A DNA stretch of 28,985 bases from an uncultured Nautiliales bacterium (GTDB lineage Bacteria; Campylobacterota; Campylobacteria; Campylobacterales; JAADDX01). Made by a program: the position numbers and the translations under genes. Below the pieces are notes generated by a model. It was not told the DNA's origin and ran no database searches. It was given only the letters and a program-made list of their open reading frames with translations. Below, piece after piece: positions 1-9,900 of the stretch. Position 1 is the stretch's first letter; each line of letters opens with the position of its first letter. The stretch is taken from the NCBI GenBank assembly GCA_964495415.1, contig CAZBVR010000081.1:1-28985 (forward strand), given 5' to 3'.

Positions 1-328
1 CTTTTGCTTTTTCTCGCTCTTTCTCTATCTCCTCAGGAGAGCAAAAACAAACAAAAGCCTTTTTTTTAGTTAGCAAATCGGTAGCAAATTTCCAATGTAG
101 TTTGAAATTACTACTTTGATATACCACTTGGTCATAATCAATTCCAAATCTATTTAAAATCTCTAAAATCGCTCTATCTTTTCCCTCTATATTTCTTTCA
201 GAATCGGTATCCTCTATTCTAATCAAAAACTTTTCACCTCTCTGTTTGGCTACAATATAGTTAAAAAGTGCTACTCTTAAATTACCTATATGCATATCTC
301 CGGTTGGACTTGGTGCAAATCTTAACAT
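1..328 (-). CDS. gltX2: Glutamate--tRNA ligase 2 (GluRS2), 5' part; runs off the window start
   Basis: Not in the ORF track; translated by hand from ATG at 328: [42 protein letters not shown]...CFCSPEE. Has the class I HIGH motif (HIGN). The PTGDMHIGN form is typical of the epsilonproteobacterial GluRS2 paralogue. RBS AAAAGGA upstream. Confidence 0.9.
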   Translation of the reverse strand, partial: MLRFAPSPTGDMHIGNLRVALFNYIVAKQRGEKFLIRIEDTDSERNIEGKDRAILEILNRFGIDYDQVVYQSSNFKLHWKFATDLLTKKKAFVCFCSPEEIEKEREKAK

Positions 329-363
329 CTATATCCTTTTATTTTAAATATATTAAACACGAT

Positions 364-372
364 ATTATAACA
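364..372 (-). promoter_or_regulatory. Extended -10 promoter (TGtTATAAT) for gltX2
   Basis: Minus-strand TGTTATAAT about 35 nt upstream of the ATG; matches the Campylobacterota sigma70 consensus TGnTATAAT. Confidence 0.65.
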
Positions 373-442
373 AATTTTATCAACTTATATCAGATAAGTA
401 GTTAGAAAAAAAGAGGTAAAGAAGGAGAAAAAGAAAGGGCTA

Positions 443-1870
443 CTATTCAGCCAAATCTTTTCCGAAGTCTTTTTCAATATCAGAAATCACATTTAGATTA
501 AATTGCTCGTTTAGGAAGTTAAATATATCTTCATTTACAAATTGTGGAGCTCTTGCACCAATATAGATATCTTTAATTCCAAGAGATAAAAGTGCTAATA
601 AGATAATTATCGCTTTTTGTTCCATCCACATTAAAGCAATAGAGATAGGTAAATCATTTACATCCTCAACTCCTAATGCATCAGCAAGTGCAAGTGCAAT
701 ATGAACAGCTCCGTTACTATCGTTACATTGTCCAAGGTCTAAATATCTTGGAATATCTGTTCCTGGAACAGTTCCAAAATCTATATCATTAAATCTAAAC
801 TTACCACAACTTGAAGTAATAATTACATGGTCATCTGGAACTCTTTCAGCCAATTCTCTAAAATAATTTCTCCCTTTACCCGGTGCATCACATCCTGCAA
901 TTACCCAAAATCTTTTGATTTTACCAGATTTAATTGCATCTAAAATTTGTGGTGCTAATGTTAAAATTGTTTTATAGTGGTGTCCTGTTACCAATGTTTC
1001 ATCACTATCAAATCCTGTAACATCTGGTAACTCTAATGTTTGGTCAATTAAAGGGTCAAAGTTATCATTTTCAATTTTTTTAGCACCCTCAATTCCAACG
1101 ATTTTATAAGTATAAAGTCTATCAATATAGTTAGCCACTTTTTTTGATTTTTCTGGTGGAACGATACAGTTTGTATTTACAACACAAGTTCCATTCCATT
1201 TAGAGAAAACATCTGTTTGGTCAAACCAAGCTTTACCAATGTTTCCTTTTAAGTTTTTAAATTTTCTAAGTTCTGGATATGCATGAGCCGGTAACATCTC
1301 TGAGTGAGTATATACATTGATTTTATCACTTAATCCTCTCTCCTCAATTCTTGTAAGTAATTTGTGTAACATATCAAGATTATGTCCTGAAATTAAGATA
1401 CCTTTTCCTTCTGCTTTATTTTGAGTTACCTCAACTGGTGTTGGAACTCCCAATGTGTTTGTATGTCCTCCACTTAACAAGTCCATAACTTTAACACCTG
1501 CATTTCCAACTTTCATAAGTTGAGCAATATGCTCATCAAAGTTGAAATTTACATTTGTTAAAGTAAAATATAAAGTTTCACTCATTACATCATCAATTTC
1601 AATCAATGTTTTTAAATCCTCAGCATTTGGATTCATATCAATAAGTTCTCTTGCATGCTCTCTATATGCTGATAAACCTTTTAATCCAAAAACCATTAAA
1701 TCTTGAAGTCTTGCTTTTGTAGCAGTTTTACCACAAATTCCTATCTCTTGTCCATGAGCACCACAACCCTCTGGCATACTCATCTCACACTGATAACAAA
1801 ACATCTTTGGATGGCAATCTTTTTGACTACATTCCTTCTCACTTCCTGTTAAAAAATCGAATAATCCCAT
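443..1870 (-). CDS. hcp: Hybrid-cluster protein (hydroxylamine/NO reductase), short form
   Basis: N-terminal MFCYQC..C..CGK cluster, LTNVNF, and hybrid-cluster ligand motifs SGHN, THSEMLPAH, TNC, AGCD, SCGKFR, GQCND, WMEQKA. RBS AAAGGAG upstream of ATG 1870. Confidence 0.95.
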   Translation of the reverse strand: MGLFDFLTGSEKECSQKDCHPKMFCYQCEMSMPEGCGAHGQEIGICGKTATKARLQDLMVFGLKGLSAYREHARELIDMNPNAEDLKTLIEIDDVMSETLYFTLTNVNFNFDEHIAQLMKVGNAGVKVMDLLSGGHTNTLGVPTPVEVTQNKAEGKGILISGHNLDMLHKLLTRIEERGLSDKINVYTHSEMLPAHAYPELRKFKNLKGNIGKAWFDQTDVFSKWNGTCVVNTNCIVPPEKSKKVANYIDRLYTYKIVGIEGAKKIENDNFDPLIDQTLELPDVTGFDSDETLVTGHHYKTILTLAPQILDAIKSGKIKRFWVIAGCDAPGKGRNYFRELAERVPDDHVIITSSCGKFRFNDIDFGTVPGTDIPRYLDLGQCNDSNGAVHIALALADALGVEDVNDLPISIALMWMEQKAIIILLALLSLGIKDIYIGARAPQFVNEDIFNFLNEQFNLNVISDIEKDFGKDLAE

Positions 1871-1906
1871 TTTTCTCTCCTTTGGTAACTATTATTTATT
1901 GTTAGA

Positions 1907-1912
1907 ATTATA
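1907..1912 (-). promoter_or_regulatory. -10 box (TATAAT) of the predicted hcp promoter
   Basis: Perfect minus-strand TATAAT in the 61-bp slt-hcp spacer; gives a TSS near 1900 and a leader of about 30 nt. Confidence 0.65.
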
Positions 1913-1931
1913 TAGAGTTGGAAGAGAGAAG

Positions 1932-3467
1932 TCATTGACTTGAATCAATATAAACCAACTTTTTTAATAATTTATGTAGAGAAGTTTTCTCATCTAACAA
2001 TTTCATATAGACAACATAGTTTGTTAAAACCTTTTTTCCATACTCTCTTGTTTCGCTATATGGAATCATCTCCATACTCAAAAAAGGCTCATAATTACCT
2101 TTATATTTAAAATATGGGATAACTTTTCTCTGAACAAATCCCAATCCCCCATTATAGGCATAACTTATAAAAAGCGGATTATTACCAAGTTTAGAAATTA
2201 ACCACAAAAGATATTTTTTTGCATATTTTACATTAACCTCATCTCTCCAAAACTGCTCCATACTCTCTTTTGGTCTAAAACTTCTAATCAAAAATGGCAT
2301 AAGTTGCATCAAACCAATTGCATAACTTTTACTTGTTTGAGCTGGAATAAATCTACTTTCCTGTCGAGCAATCGCATAAAAGAGTGCTTTTGCAGACGGA
2401 GTTAAATCATCTAACTTATATTTAGGCATAATATAGAAGTTTTTTTGATAATTATAAACCTTATCCAAAAGCAGTGCTTTTAAAGGCAAAGTTTTTTCAT
2501 TATCCAACTTATCCATAAATTGAAGATAATCTTTACAACTTGCTCTATCTCTATAAAACTTAATTACATCTAATGGGTTATTGATATCATACTGAGGTAA
2601 AGTTGTATTATAAACTTCCACCTCATCTATAACATATTTTTTATTAAACTGCTCATAAATATAGAGAGTATAAAAATCCAATCTTCTATTATTTAACAAT
2701 TTTTCAGCATATTTTCTATTCTCACTCAATAGATAGAGCCAAAATAGGTCTCTATTATCTTTCACTCTTTTAGATTTCAAAATTTTAATTGCTAAATTTT
2801 CTCGATTGGCTCTAATTGCATTTAAAGCCAAATCAAATTTATACTCATCTTTCACCTCTTGATAATGCAGATGCAACAAAGCTTTTTGTAATCTATTTTT
2901 ATTCCTTTTTCTAACAACAACTGAAAGGAACCTTCCAAATCGCCTATCTTTTGCCAAATTGTTAAGATAGATTTTTGGTATTTCTACATTTGGCATTATA
3001 GAGAGAAAGATATCATAAAAAATTTTGGGATTTTTAAAAGCCTTTTTATAATTTTTATTAAAAACTATCGATATCTCCTTTTTAATAGTGGAAGTTGGAA
3101 GGTAATTTAAAAGAGCCACAATTTCATTATTACTCATTCTCCTCAAATAGTTAAAATTAAATCCATTTCTCAAAATACATTTAACAGATACTCTTCTCCA
3201 ATTTCTATTATTTACATTTCTACACTCATAAACTTTTTTATATTTAGGATTTTTTTTAGCCACCAATTTTAGATGAAATGGCTTTTTGTGTGTAATACTC
3301 TTGTAGATTTTTTCAGCCAAACCAGGGTCCGAACTCCTTTTAAGATATTGAATTAACCAATAATCCCGATAATAGGAAGGTGGATAGTGTAAAACTTTAT
3401 CTAATGAAGGTATCCCCCACCCCATTGAAATAAAAAAGAGAATAAGTAGAAAAAACTTTTCTATCAT
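1932..3467 (-). CDS. slt: Soluble lytic murein transglycosylase (SLT domain at C-terminus)
   Basis: Signal-peptide-like N-terminus; C-terminal SLT motifs IARQESRF, GLMQLMP, AYNGG, ETREYGKKV. Confidence 0.9.
   Translation of the reverse strand: MIEKFFLLILFFISMGWGIPSLDKVLHYPPSYYRDYWLIQYLKRSSDPGLAEKIYKSITHKKPFHLKLVAKKNPKYKKVYECRNVNNRNWRRVSVKCILRNGFNFNYLRRMSNNEIVALLNYLPTSTIKKEISIVFNKNYKKAFKNPKIFYDIFLSIMPNVEIPKIYLNNLAKDRRFGRFLSVVVRKRNKNRLQKALLHLHYQEVKDEYKFDLALNAIRANRENLAIKILKSKRVKDNRDLFWLYLLSENRKYAEKLLNNRRLDFYTLYIYEQFNKKYVIDEVEVYNTTLPQYDINNPLDVIKFYRDRASCKDYLQFMDKLDNEKTLPLKALLLDKVYNYQKNFYIMPKYKLDDLTPSAKALFYAIARQESRFIPAQTSKSYAIGLMQLMPFLIRSFRPKESMEQFWRDEVNVKYAKKYLLWLISKLGNNPLFISYAYNGGLGFVQRKVIPYFKYKGNYEPFLSMEMIPYSETREYGKKVLTNYVVYMKLLDEKTSLHKLLKKLVYIDSSQ
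1935..1948. promoter_or_regulatory. Crp/Fnr-family (Nss/Dnr-type) binding site TTGA-N6-TCAA upstream of hcp
   Basis: TTGACTTGAATCAA; the minus strand reads TTGAT-TCAA-GTCAA, one mismatch from the FNR box TTGAT-N4-ATCAA. Centred about 41.5 bp upstream of the predicted hcp TSS. Confidence 0.7.
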
Positions 3468-3760
3468 AAAGAGTTAGCCAATCTAAAAAGTAGATTTACA
3501 AAAAACAGTTGAATAAATTGCAATAATAGCAATAAAATCAAAGGGGCCACATCAAACCCTCCAAAATTTGTAGGGATATACCTTCTCATTAAAACATAAA
3601 CAGGCTCAGTTGCTTTATATAAAAACTGAACAATTGGATTATATGGGTCCGGTCTTACCCAAGAGATAAGTGCTGAAATAATCACTATCCATATATACAA
3701 ACTAATCACCATATTTAATATATTTGCTATTGCTATCAAAAGTGTTGAAATTACTATCAT
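3464..3760 (-). CDS. yggT: YggT family membrane protein
   Basis: 98 aa; LISWVRPDPYNPIVQFLYKATEPV...GGFDVAP consensus; strong RBS AAAGGAG. Confidence 0.9.
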   Translation of the reverse strand: MIVISTLLIAIANILNMVISLYIWIVIISALISWVRPDPYNPIVQFLYKATEPVYVLMRRYIPTNFGGFDVAPLILLLLLQFIQLFFVNLLFRLANSL

Positions 3761-3779
3761 CCCTATCTCCTTTATTTTT

Positions 3780-4277
3780 TTATAGTAGATGTCCTAACTC
3801 TTTAAAAAGATAGATATCTCCATATCTTTTAAAGAATTGAACTGCTTTTTTTACATCGATAATTTTATCTTCGGCTCCAATAAAAACCTCAACTTTTATC
3901 TTTCTATTCAGATGCTCCATAAGTCCCCAATTAAAATTAAACATCTCCTCCAAATCCTCCAAAAAACATTCATCAAAATAGTTTTCCACTCCACTTTTAG
4001 GCAAAGGATAAAAAAGTTTTTCTCGAAATTTTTTACAATAACTCTCTTTATCTTTTCTGAAAGCATTTAGTTGTAAATTAACAGCCTTGCTATTCAAATT
4101 GAAAAAGGCTGGAGATAGTAACTGCAATTTATCCACTCTTTTTGAAGTATGGACCGCATCTATTAAAGCTTTTTGAGCCCCATAACTAAATCCTGCTACA
4201 ACAAACTCCCCCTCCTCCAAATACTCTTTAAACAACTCTTTTTCATTCCAAAAACCAAAACCACTATAAAACCTCAT
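3780..4277 (-). CDS. bioV: Pimeloyl-ACP methyl ester esterase BioV (alpha/beta hydrolase)
   Basis: MRFYSGFGF start, G-F-S-Y-G nucleophile elbow, LLSPAFF, FIGAEDKII and terminal GHLL give the Ser/Asp/His triad. Start placed at ATG 4277; the track starts at TTG 4280. Confidence 0.8.
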   Translation of the reverse strand: MRFYSGFGFWNEKELFKEYLEEGEFVVAGFSYGAQKALIDAVHTSKRVDKLQLLSPAFFNLNSKAVNLQLNAFRKDKESYCKKFREKLFYPLPKSGVENYFDECFLEDLEEMFNFNWGLMEHLNRKIKVEVFIGAEDKIIDVKKAVQFFKRYGDIYLFKELGHLL

Positions 4278-5733
4278 CAAAAAGTTCCTTTACTCTCTCT
4301 TTTGTGATAACCTCTTTTTCTAATAACTCACTCTGAACTTTTAAAATAATCTCTTTTTGAGAGAGATATAAAATTTTTGTTTTAGATAGAGCATCGTTTA
4401 AAACATCCTCTATTTCCGCCTGAGTTGGAATCAGTTTATTTCCCATTCCATACTCTTCAATCATTCGATGAGCTATCTTTTTTGCTTTTTTTATATCATC
4501 TGCAACATTAGAGTATTTCTCTTTAAAAATATCTTCAACACATACCATTCCACTCAAATATACTTGAAGTTTAGCTTCCATTTCACTTTTGCTAACCAAC
4601 TCTCTATCTATCTCTTTAAAATCATCTTTTACTAAACTCATCTTTTCAAAATCAACCTCTAACCATCTTGCAACAACCGCTTTTGCGGCTTGATGATAAG
4701 ATAATACCTTTTTCTCCTCTTCTGTATATGATAAAATTTTCTTTTTACCAATTAAAACCTTATCTTTTACAGCCAAAAAGTCTTCATTTGAGATATACTC
4801 CTTATTATGATTTAGAGCATAAATACTCGCTTCATTAACCAAACTTGCCAATGAAGCTCCACTAAATCCAACAGTCATTTTGGCTATTTCTGTTATATCT
4901 CCCTTAAAAGGTTTATCTCTTAAATAAATTTTTAATATCTCCTCTCTATCTTTCAATCCCGGAAGTTCTACATAAACTCTTCTATCAAACCTTCCTGCTC
5001 TCAATAAAGCATCATCAAGTAAATCAACCTTATTTGTAGCTCCAATAACAATAACTCCCTCACTCTTTTCAAATCCATCCATCTCTGTCAAAAGTTGATT
5101 TAAGGTTGCTTCTCTTTCATCATTTCTTAAAGCACCCCTACTCTTACCTATGGCATCAATCTCATCAATAAAGATAATAGCCGGAGCGACCGCTTTGGCC
5201 TTTGAGAAAAGTTGTCTTACTCTTTGAGCTCCAACTCCAACAAACATTTGAACAAAACTTGCCCCACTCTGATAGAAAAAGGGAACTCCCGCTTCTCCGG
5301 CAACCGCTTTGGCTATCAATGTTTTCCCAACTCCCGGAGGACCAACTAACAGCACCCCTTTTGGCAACTTAATTCCAAACTTTTTATACTTTTCTGGATT
5401 TTTTAAAAAATCCACTATCTCAACTAACTCCTCTTTCACTTCACTTATTCCTGCAACATCTTTAAATGTAACATCTGACTTTTGAGGTGAAATTACAAAA
5501 TCCTTGTCAAACTCCTCAAACTGCATCTGTGGTTGAGGGGGTTGTGAAAAGTTTTGAGGAGAAGCAAACTTTTTTATCAAAAATATGATTAAAACAAAAA
5601 AACCAAATACAACAAAACCCGCGATAAGGTCATTTAACAAATTATCAAAACTATAACTCCCTGCCATCATAGAAACAACTATTATCGCAAATAAAACAAT
5701 TAAGATGATATTTAAGGGCTTGTTACTATTCAT
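4264..5733 (-). CDS. FtsH-like membrane AAA+ ATPase with degenerate protease domain
   Basis: Two N-terminal TM segments, Walker A GPPGVGKT, pore loop FVQMFVG, Walker [37 protein letters not shown] is replaced by HQAAK. Likely start ATG 5733; the track start at 5751 overlaps mtaB. Confidence 0.85.
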   Translation of the reverse strand: MNSNKPLNIILIVLFAIIVVSMMAGSYSFDNLLNDLIAGFVVFGFFVLIIFLIKKFASPQNFSQPPQPQMQFEEFDKDFVISPQKSDVTFKDVAGISEVKEELVEIVDFLKNPEKYKKFGIKLPKGVLLVGPPGVGKTLIAKAVAGEAGVPFFYQSGASFVQMFVGVGAQRVRQLFSKAKAVAPAIIFIDEIDAIGKSRGALRNDEREATLNQLLTEMDGFEKSEGVIVIGATNKVDLLDDALLRAGRFDRRVYVELPGLKDREEILKIYLRDKPFKGDITEIAKMTVGFSGASLASLVNEASIYALNHNKEYISNEDFLAVKDKVLIGKKKILSYTEEEKKVLSYHQAAKAVVARWLEVDFEKMSLVKDDFKEIDRELVSKSEMEAKLQVYLSGMVCVEDIFKEKYSNVADDIKKAKKIAHRMIEEYGMGNKLIPTQAEIEDVLNDALSKTKILYLSQKEIILKVQSELLEKEVITKERVKELFDEVL

Positions 5734-5737
5734 ATCT

Positions 5738-6973
5738 TTACCACTCTGCATAATTTAAATCCTCCACTTGATAATTATTGATTGTTACCCATTGATGAGT
5801 TAAATCTGTTTGTGATTTTATCAAAATTTTATTAAAAAATTGGTCAAAACCTTGATAATAACCCTCTTTATAATTTTCTACCAACACTTTTAAAGGAGTT
5901 CCTTTCTCTCGTTCTCTTTTACGAAATTCCAAACTCTTATCCTTAATCAAGTTTTCAATTTTTTTATGTCTATCTTTTACCTCAACCCCATTTACTTCCT
6001 GTTTTAAAGTTGCAGAATGGGTTCCGTCTCTTGGAGAGTAGTTAAAAATATGAATATGTGTTAAAGGAAACTTTTGTAGATTTTGAAAACCGGTTTCAAA
6101 AATCTCCTCACTCTCTCCGGGATGACCCACAATATAATCTGTTCCGAGGGCAAATCCCTTCTCCGCCAACTTTTCAAAAAGAGCTAAACTGCTTTTAACT
6201 CTATTTCTTCTTTTCATTATTCTCAACATTCTATCATCAGCATATTGTAAAGCTATATGAAGATGTCTCTCTAAAATAGGATTGTCTAAAATAGAAAGAA
6301 ATTTTTCATCAATTTGAGAAGGTTCTAAACTTCCAAGTCTAACTCTTTTTACTCCTCTAATTTTAAAAATCTTTAAAAGTAACTCAGATAAAGAAGTGTT
6401 GCTGTCCTTTCCATAACTTCCCATATTTATACCTGTTAAGACAAACTCTCCAAACCCATTGGAACTCAAAATTCTTATCTGCTCTAACATCTTATCCTCC
6501 GGCATACTTCTCGCTTTACCCCTTACCTTTGGAATAATACAATAACCACAATCAAAATCACACCCTTCCTGAATTTTTATAAAAGCCCTACTTCTATCAC
6601 CTATATTAGTTACAATTTTACTATTGATAAAATCCAATTCTCCAACTTCAATAAATGGGGCTTCTCTTTCTAAAAGGTTAGATATTTGCTCCTTCTCTCT
6701 ATGTCCAAAAACTGCAAACACTTTACCCTCTTCAAACAGCTTCTCTCCAATAGAGTGAGCTCCACAACCGGTTAAAAAAATTTTTTTATCTCTATTTCTA
6801 TTTAAATAGTGTTTCAAATTTTTGTCTGCTGAGTTAGTTACAGTGCAAGAATTTACAACAACTATCTCCGCTTCCTCCTCTTTTGAAACTATAAGATATT
6901 TCCCCTCTGCTACCTGCTTCATCAATTCAGTGTCATATATATTTGTTCTACACCCAAATGTTTTGAAATACAC
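5738..6973 (-). CDS. mtaB: tRNA t6A37 methylthiotransferase MtaB (radical SAM); true start possibly ATT at 6982
   Basis: UPF0004 motifs TFGCRTN and NSCTVT, radical SAM CxxxCxxC (CDFDCGYC), RLGSLEP, IFNYSPRDGT. Confidence 0.85.
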   Translation of the reverse strand: MYFKTFGCRTNIYDTELMKQVAEGKYLIVSKEEEAEIVVVNSCTVTNSADKNLKHYLNRNRDKKIFLTGCGAHSIGEKLFEEGKVFAVFGHREKEQISNLLEREAPFIEVGELDFINSKIVTNIGDRSRAFIKIQEGCDFDCGYCIIPKVRGKARSMPEDKMLEQIRILSSNGFGEFVLTGINMGSYGKDSNTSLSELLLKIFKIRGVKRVRLGSLEPSQIDEKFLSILDNPILERHLHIALQYADDRMLRIMKRRNRVKSSLALFEKLAEKGFALGTDYIVGHPGESEEIFETGFQNLQKFPLTHIHIFNYSPRDGTHSATLKQEVNGVEVKDRHKKIENLIKDKSLEFRKREREKGTPLKVLVENYKEGYYQGFDQFFNKILIKSQTDLTHQWVTINNYQVEDLNYAEW

Positions 6974-6997
6974 TCTTTTAATAATATCTCCTTTAAT

Positions 6998-9900
6998 CTA
7001 TTTTATTTTTCTAAGTATAGCAAAAAATAGCGGTAAATAGAAAAGATTTAAAATAGTTGAAAAGGCTAAACCAAATCCTATTGCAATCGCGAGAGGTTGA
7101 AGTATTACTGATTGACCAAAAGGGTAAAAAATTAGAGTGGCCAAACCTAAAATAGTTGTAACAGATGTTAAAAGAATTGGTCTAACTCTAAAAGAAGCTT
7201 TTTCCTCTAACTCCTCTCTGTTTTTAACATCTTTCAAAAAGTCAATCATAATAATCCCGTCATTTACAACAATCCCTGCAAGTCCAACAACTCCAATCAT
7301 TCCTATCATTGTGAAATTCATATGCATAATCATATTTCCAATAATCACTCCCAAAAATGAAAGAGGTATAACTGAGATAACTACAAATGGTAACAAAACA
7401 GAGTTAAACATTGCAACAAGTGTTATAAAAATTAAAACAATTGCAACAATTCCCGCAAACTTAATATCTCTCATAAACTCTTTACTAACCTTTTTAGCCC
7501 CTCCTATTGTAACTTTAACTCCCTCACTTCTCAATTGATTAAGCAATGGGGCTATCTTTTTATAAACCTCTGCTGTGGTAATAACTTTTTTATCTAAATT
7601 AGCATATACAGATTTTGCTAACACTCCGTCATATTTATTCAACTTTTTAAAATTATTTTCAATATAAAAATTTGCTATCTCCGATAATAAAATCTCTTTT
7701 CCACTATTTGGAACTACAACTCTAAAATTTTCAAGAAACCTAAATCTATCTTTATCTATATCTTTCAATCTAATTTTTATAACCTCTTTATCGATAGTTT
7801 TTCCAAACTCCCCATCACTAAAATAACCTCTAAGTTGAGAAACGATATTTTGCTGAGTAAATCCTAACTCCTGCCCATATCCATTTATCTCTATTTTTAA
7901 AAGCTTTGCTCCAAGGGTAGCATCATCATAAATAGAATGAACTCCTTTTATCTTTTCTAACTCTCTTTTAACCCTTGCAATATCAGCCACCAATTTTGAG
8001 TTATTAGTTTCAGTTAAAGAGATAAGAATATCACTCTTGACCATTCCTGCCCTTGGAACTTCAACACTTAAATCTGCCATTTTAATCCCCATTTTTTTAT
8101 ACTTCTCTTGCAACTCTTTTGCCAACTGCTGAGCACTTTTAACCCTTCTAACATCCTCTGGATTTGAAGCAACCGGCATTATTAAAGGAGCGATATATTT
8201 ATTATAAAAATCATTAGGCACTCTATCATATAAATCCACAAAAATATGAAAATTATTTGGTGCTGAATCTATATTACTTTTTCCATTTAATTTCATTCCA
8301 ACAATAGTTGTAAAACTTTTTATATCATTCCCTCCTAACTCCTTTTTTAAAACATTTTCTATTTTAGAAACATTTTTAAATGTATCATAAATGGTATTGT
8401 TTGAATCAAAACTCCCCTTTACATAAATCTGAGTTGTATCAAAATCTGGAAATAGTTGAAATTTAGAGTGTTTCATTCCCGCGACAATTAAAAAAGGGAT
8501 TCCCACTAAAAATAGAAGAATAGAAAAATATCGATATTTTAAAAGAAGATGCAACACCTTTTTATATCCCAAATCTATCTTGTCCCATATCTCTTTTTTA
8601 CTATCTCCGGCTAATAACATCTCTTTTGAGTGCAATGGCAAAAAGATAAAAGCTTCCAAAACACTTGATAAAATTAGAATAGTTATCATAACGGGAATAA
8701 TTTTTAAAAAAATTCCTATCTCTCCCTTTATCATCAAAAGTGGCAAAAAGGCAAAAATTGTAGTCATAGCACTCGCTAAAACTGGCCAAAACACCTCCTT
8801 GGTCCCATCGATTGCGGCGGAAACTCTATCTTTCCCCATCTCTAAATGTCTTTGAATGTTTTCAGCTACAACAATCGCTTCATCTACAATCATTCCAAGA
8901 GCAATTAAAGCTCCCAACATAGATAAAAGATTTAAACTAAAATCCAAATAATCTAAAAATAGGAGTGCGATAGCAAACGAGGTAGGTATTCCTATTGAAA
9001 CAACAAAAGAGATTCTTCTATTTATAAATATCCACATAGCAAAAAAGACCAAAATCAGACCAAACACTATATTGGAAACAACCGTATTCAATCTGTTTTT
9101 AACCCATACAGATGTATCCATACTAAAGCCAAATTTTAACTTCGGATAATGTTTTGAAAACTCCTTTGTTATCTTTCTAATTCTTTTACTTAAAGCAATA
9201 GCATCTCCACTCTCTCCCTTTTTGATAGTTAGAGAAACATCTTTCACCCCATTAAACTTTCCGAGAGTTGAAGGGGTTTCAATATCATAACTTAAAGTTG
9301 CAATATCCCCCAACCTTACACTCTTTCCACCTATATTAAGCTTAATGTTTCTTATTTTGTCAATATCTTTTATATTTTTCATAGAGAGATAGTATTGAGT
9401 TGTATCCTCTACCTTTCCAATAGGAGTAATTGAGGAGATGGATGAAAGGACGGAAAGCACCTGAGTTTTATCCAATCCCAAGGCCTCTATCTTATCTGAG
9501 TTGAGAGTGATAGATAACTCTCTATCTCCATCCCCGTCAATTTGAATTTTTGAAAGCTCTTTTAAAACTAAAAGTCTCTCTTTAAGTTTATTAGCAATAT
9601 CTAACAACTTAAATTTATCTATATCTCCTGCAATAGTAACTGTAATTAAAGGAAAAGCTTTTTTGACAATTGAAACAGACGGCTCACTCATATCAGATGG
9701 CAAATTGGAACGAATTTGACTAACTTCGCTCTTAAAATCACTCAACAAACTTGTAAGGTCGTTGTTCGGCTTAATATCTGCAACAATAGAAAAACTTCCA
9801 TTCAAAATAACAGATTCAACTGAACTAACCTCAGCATAATTTTTAATTCTATCCTCAATGGGAGTTACTGCTATCTTATTTAATGTATCGCTACTTGCTC

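Noticed and set aside
7137-7538. 133-aa plus-strand ORF antisense to the RND gene (also 8580-8855 + and 8601-8789 -)
   Set aside because: Shadow ORFs of hydrophobic TM codons, wholly inside a well-supported gene, with no RBS or motif.
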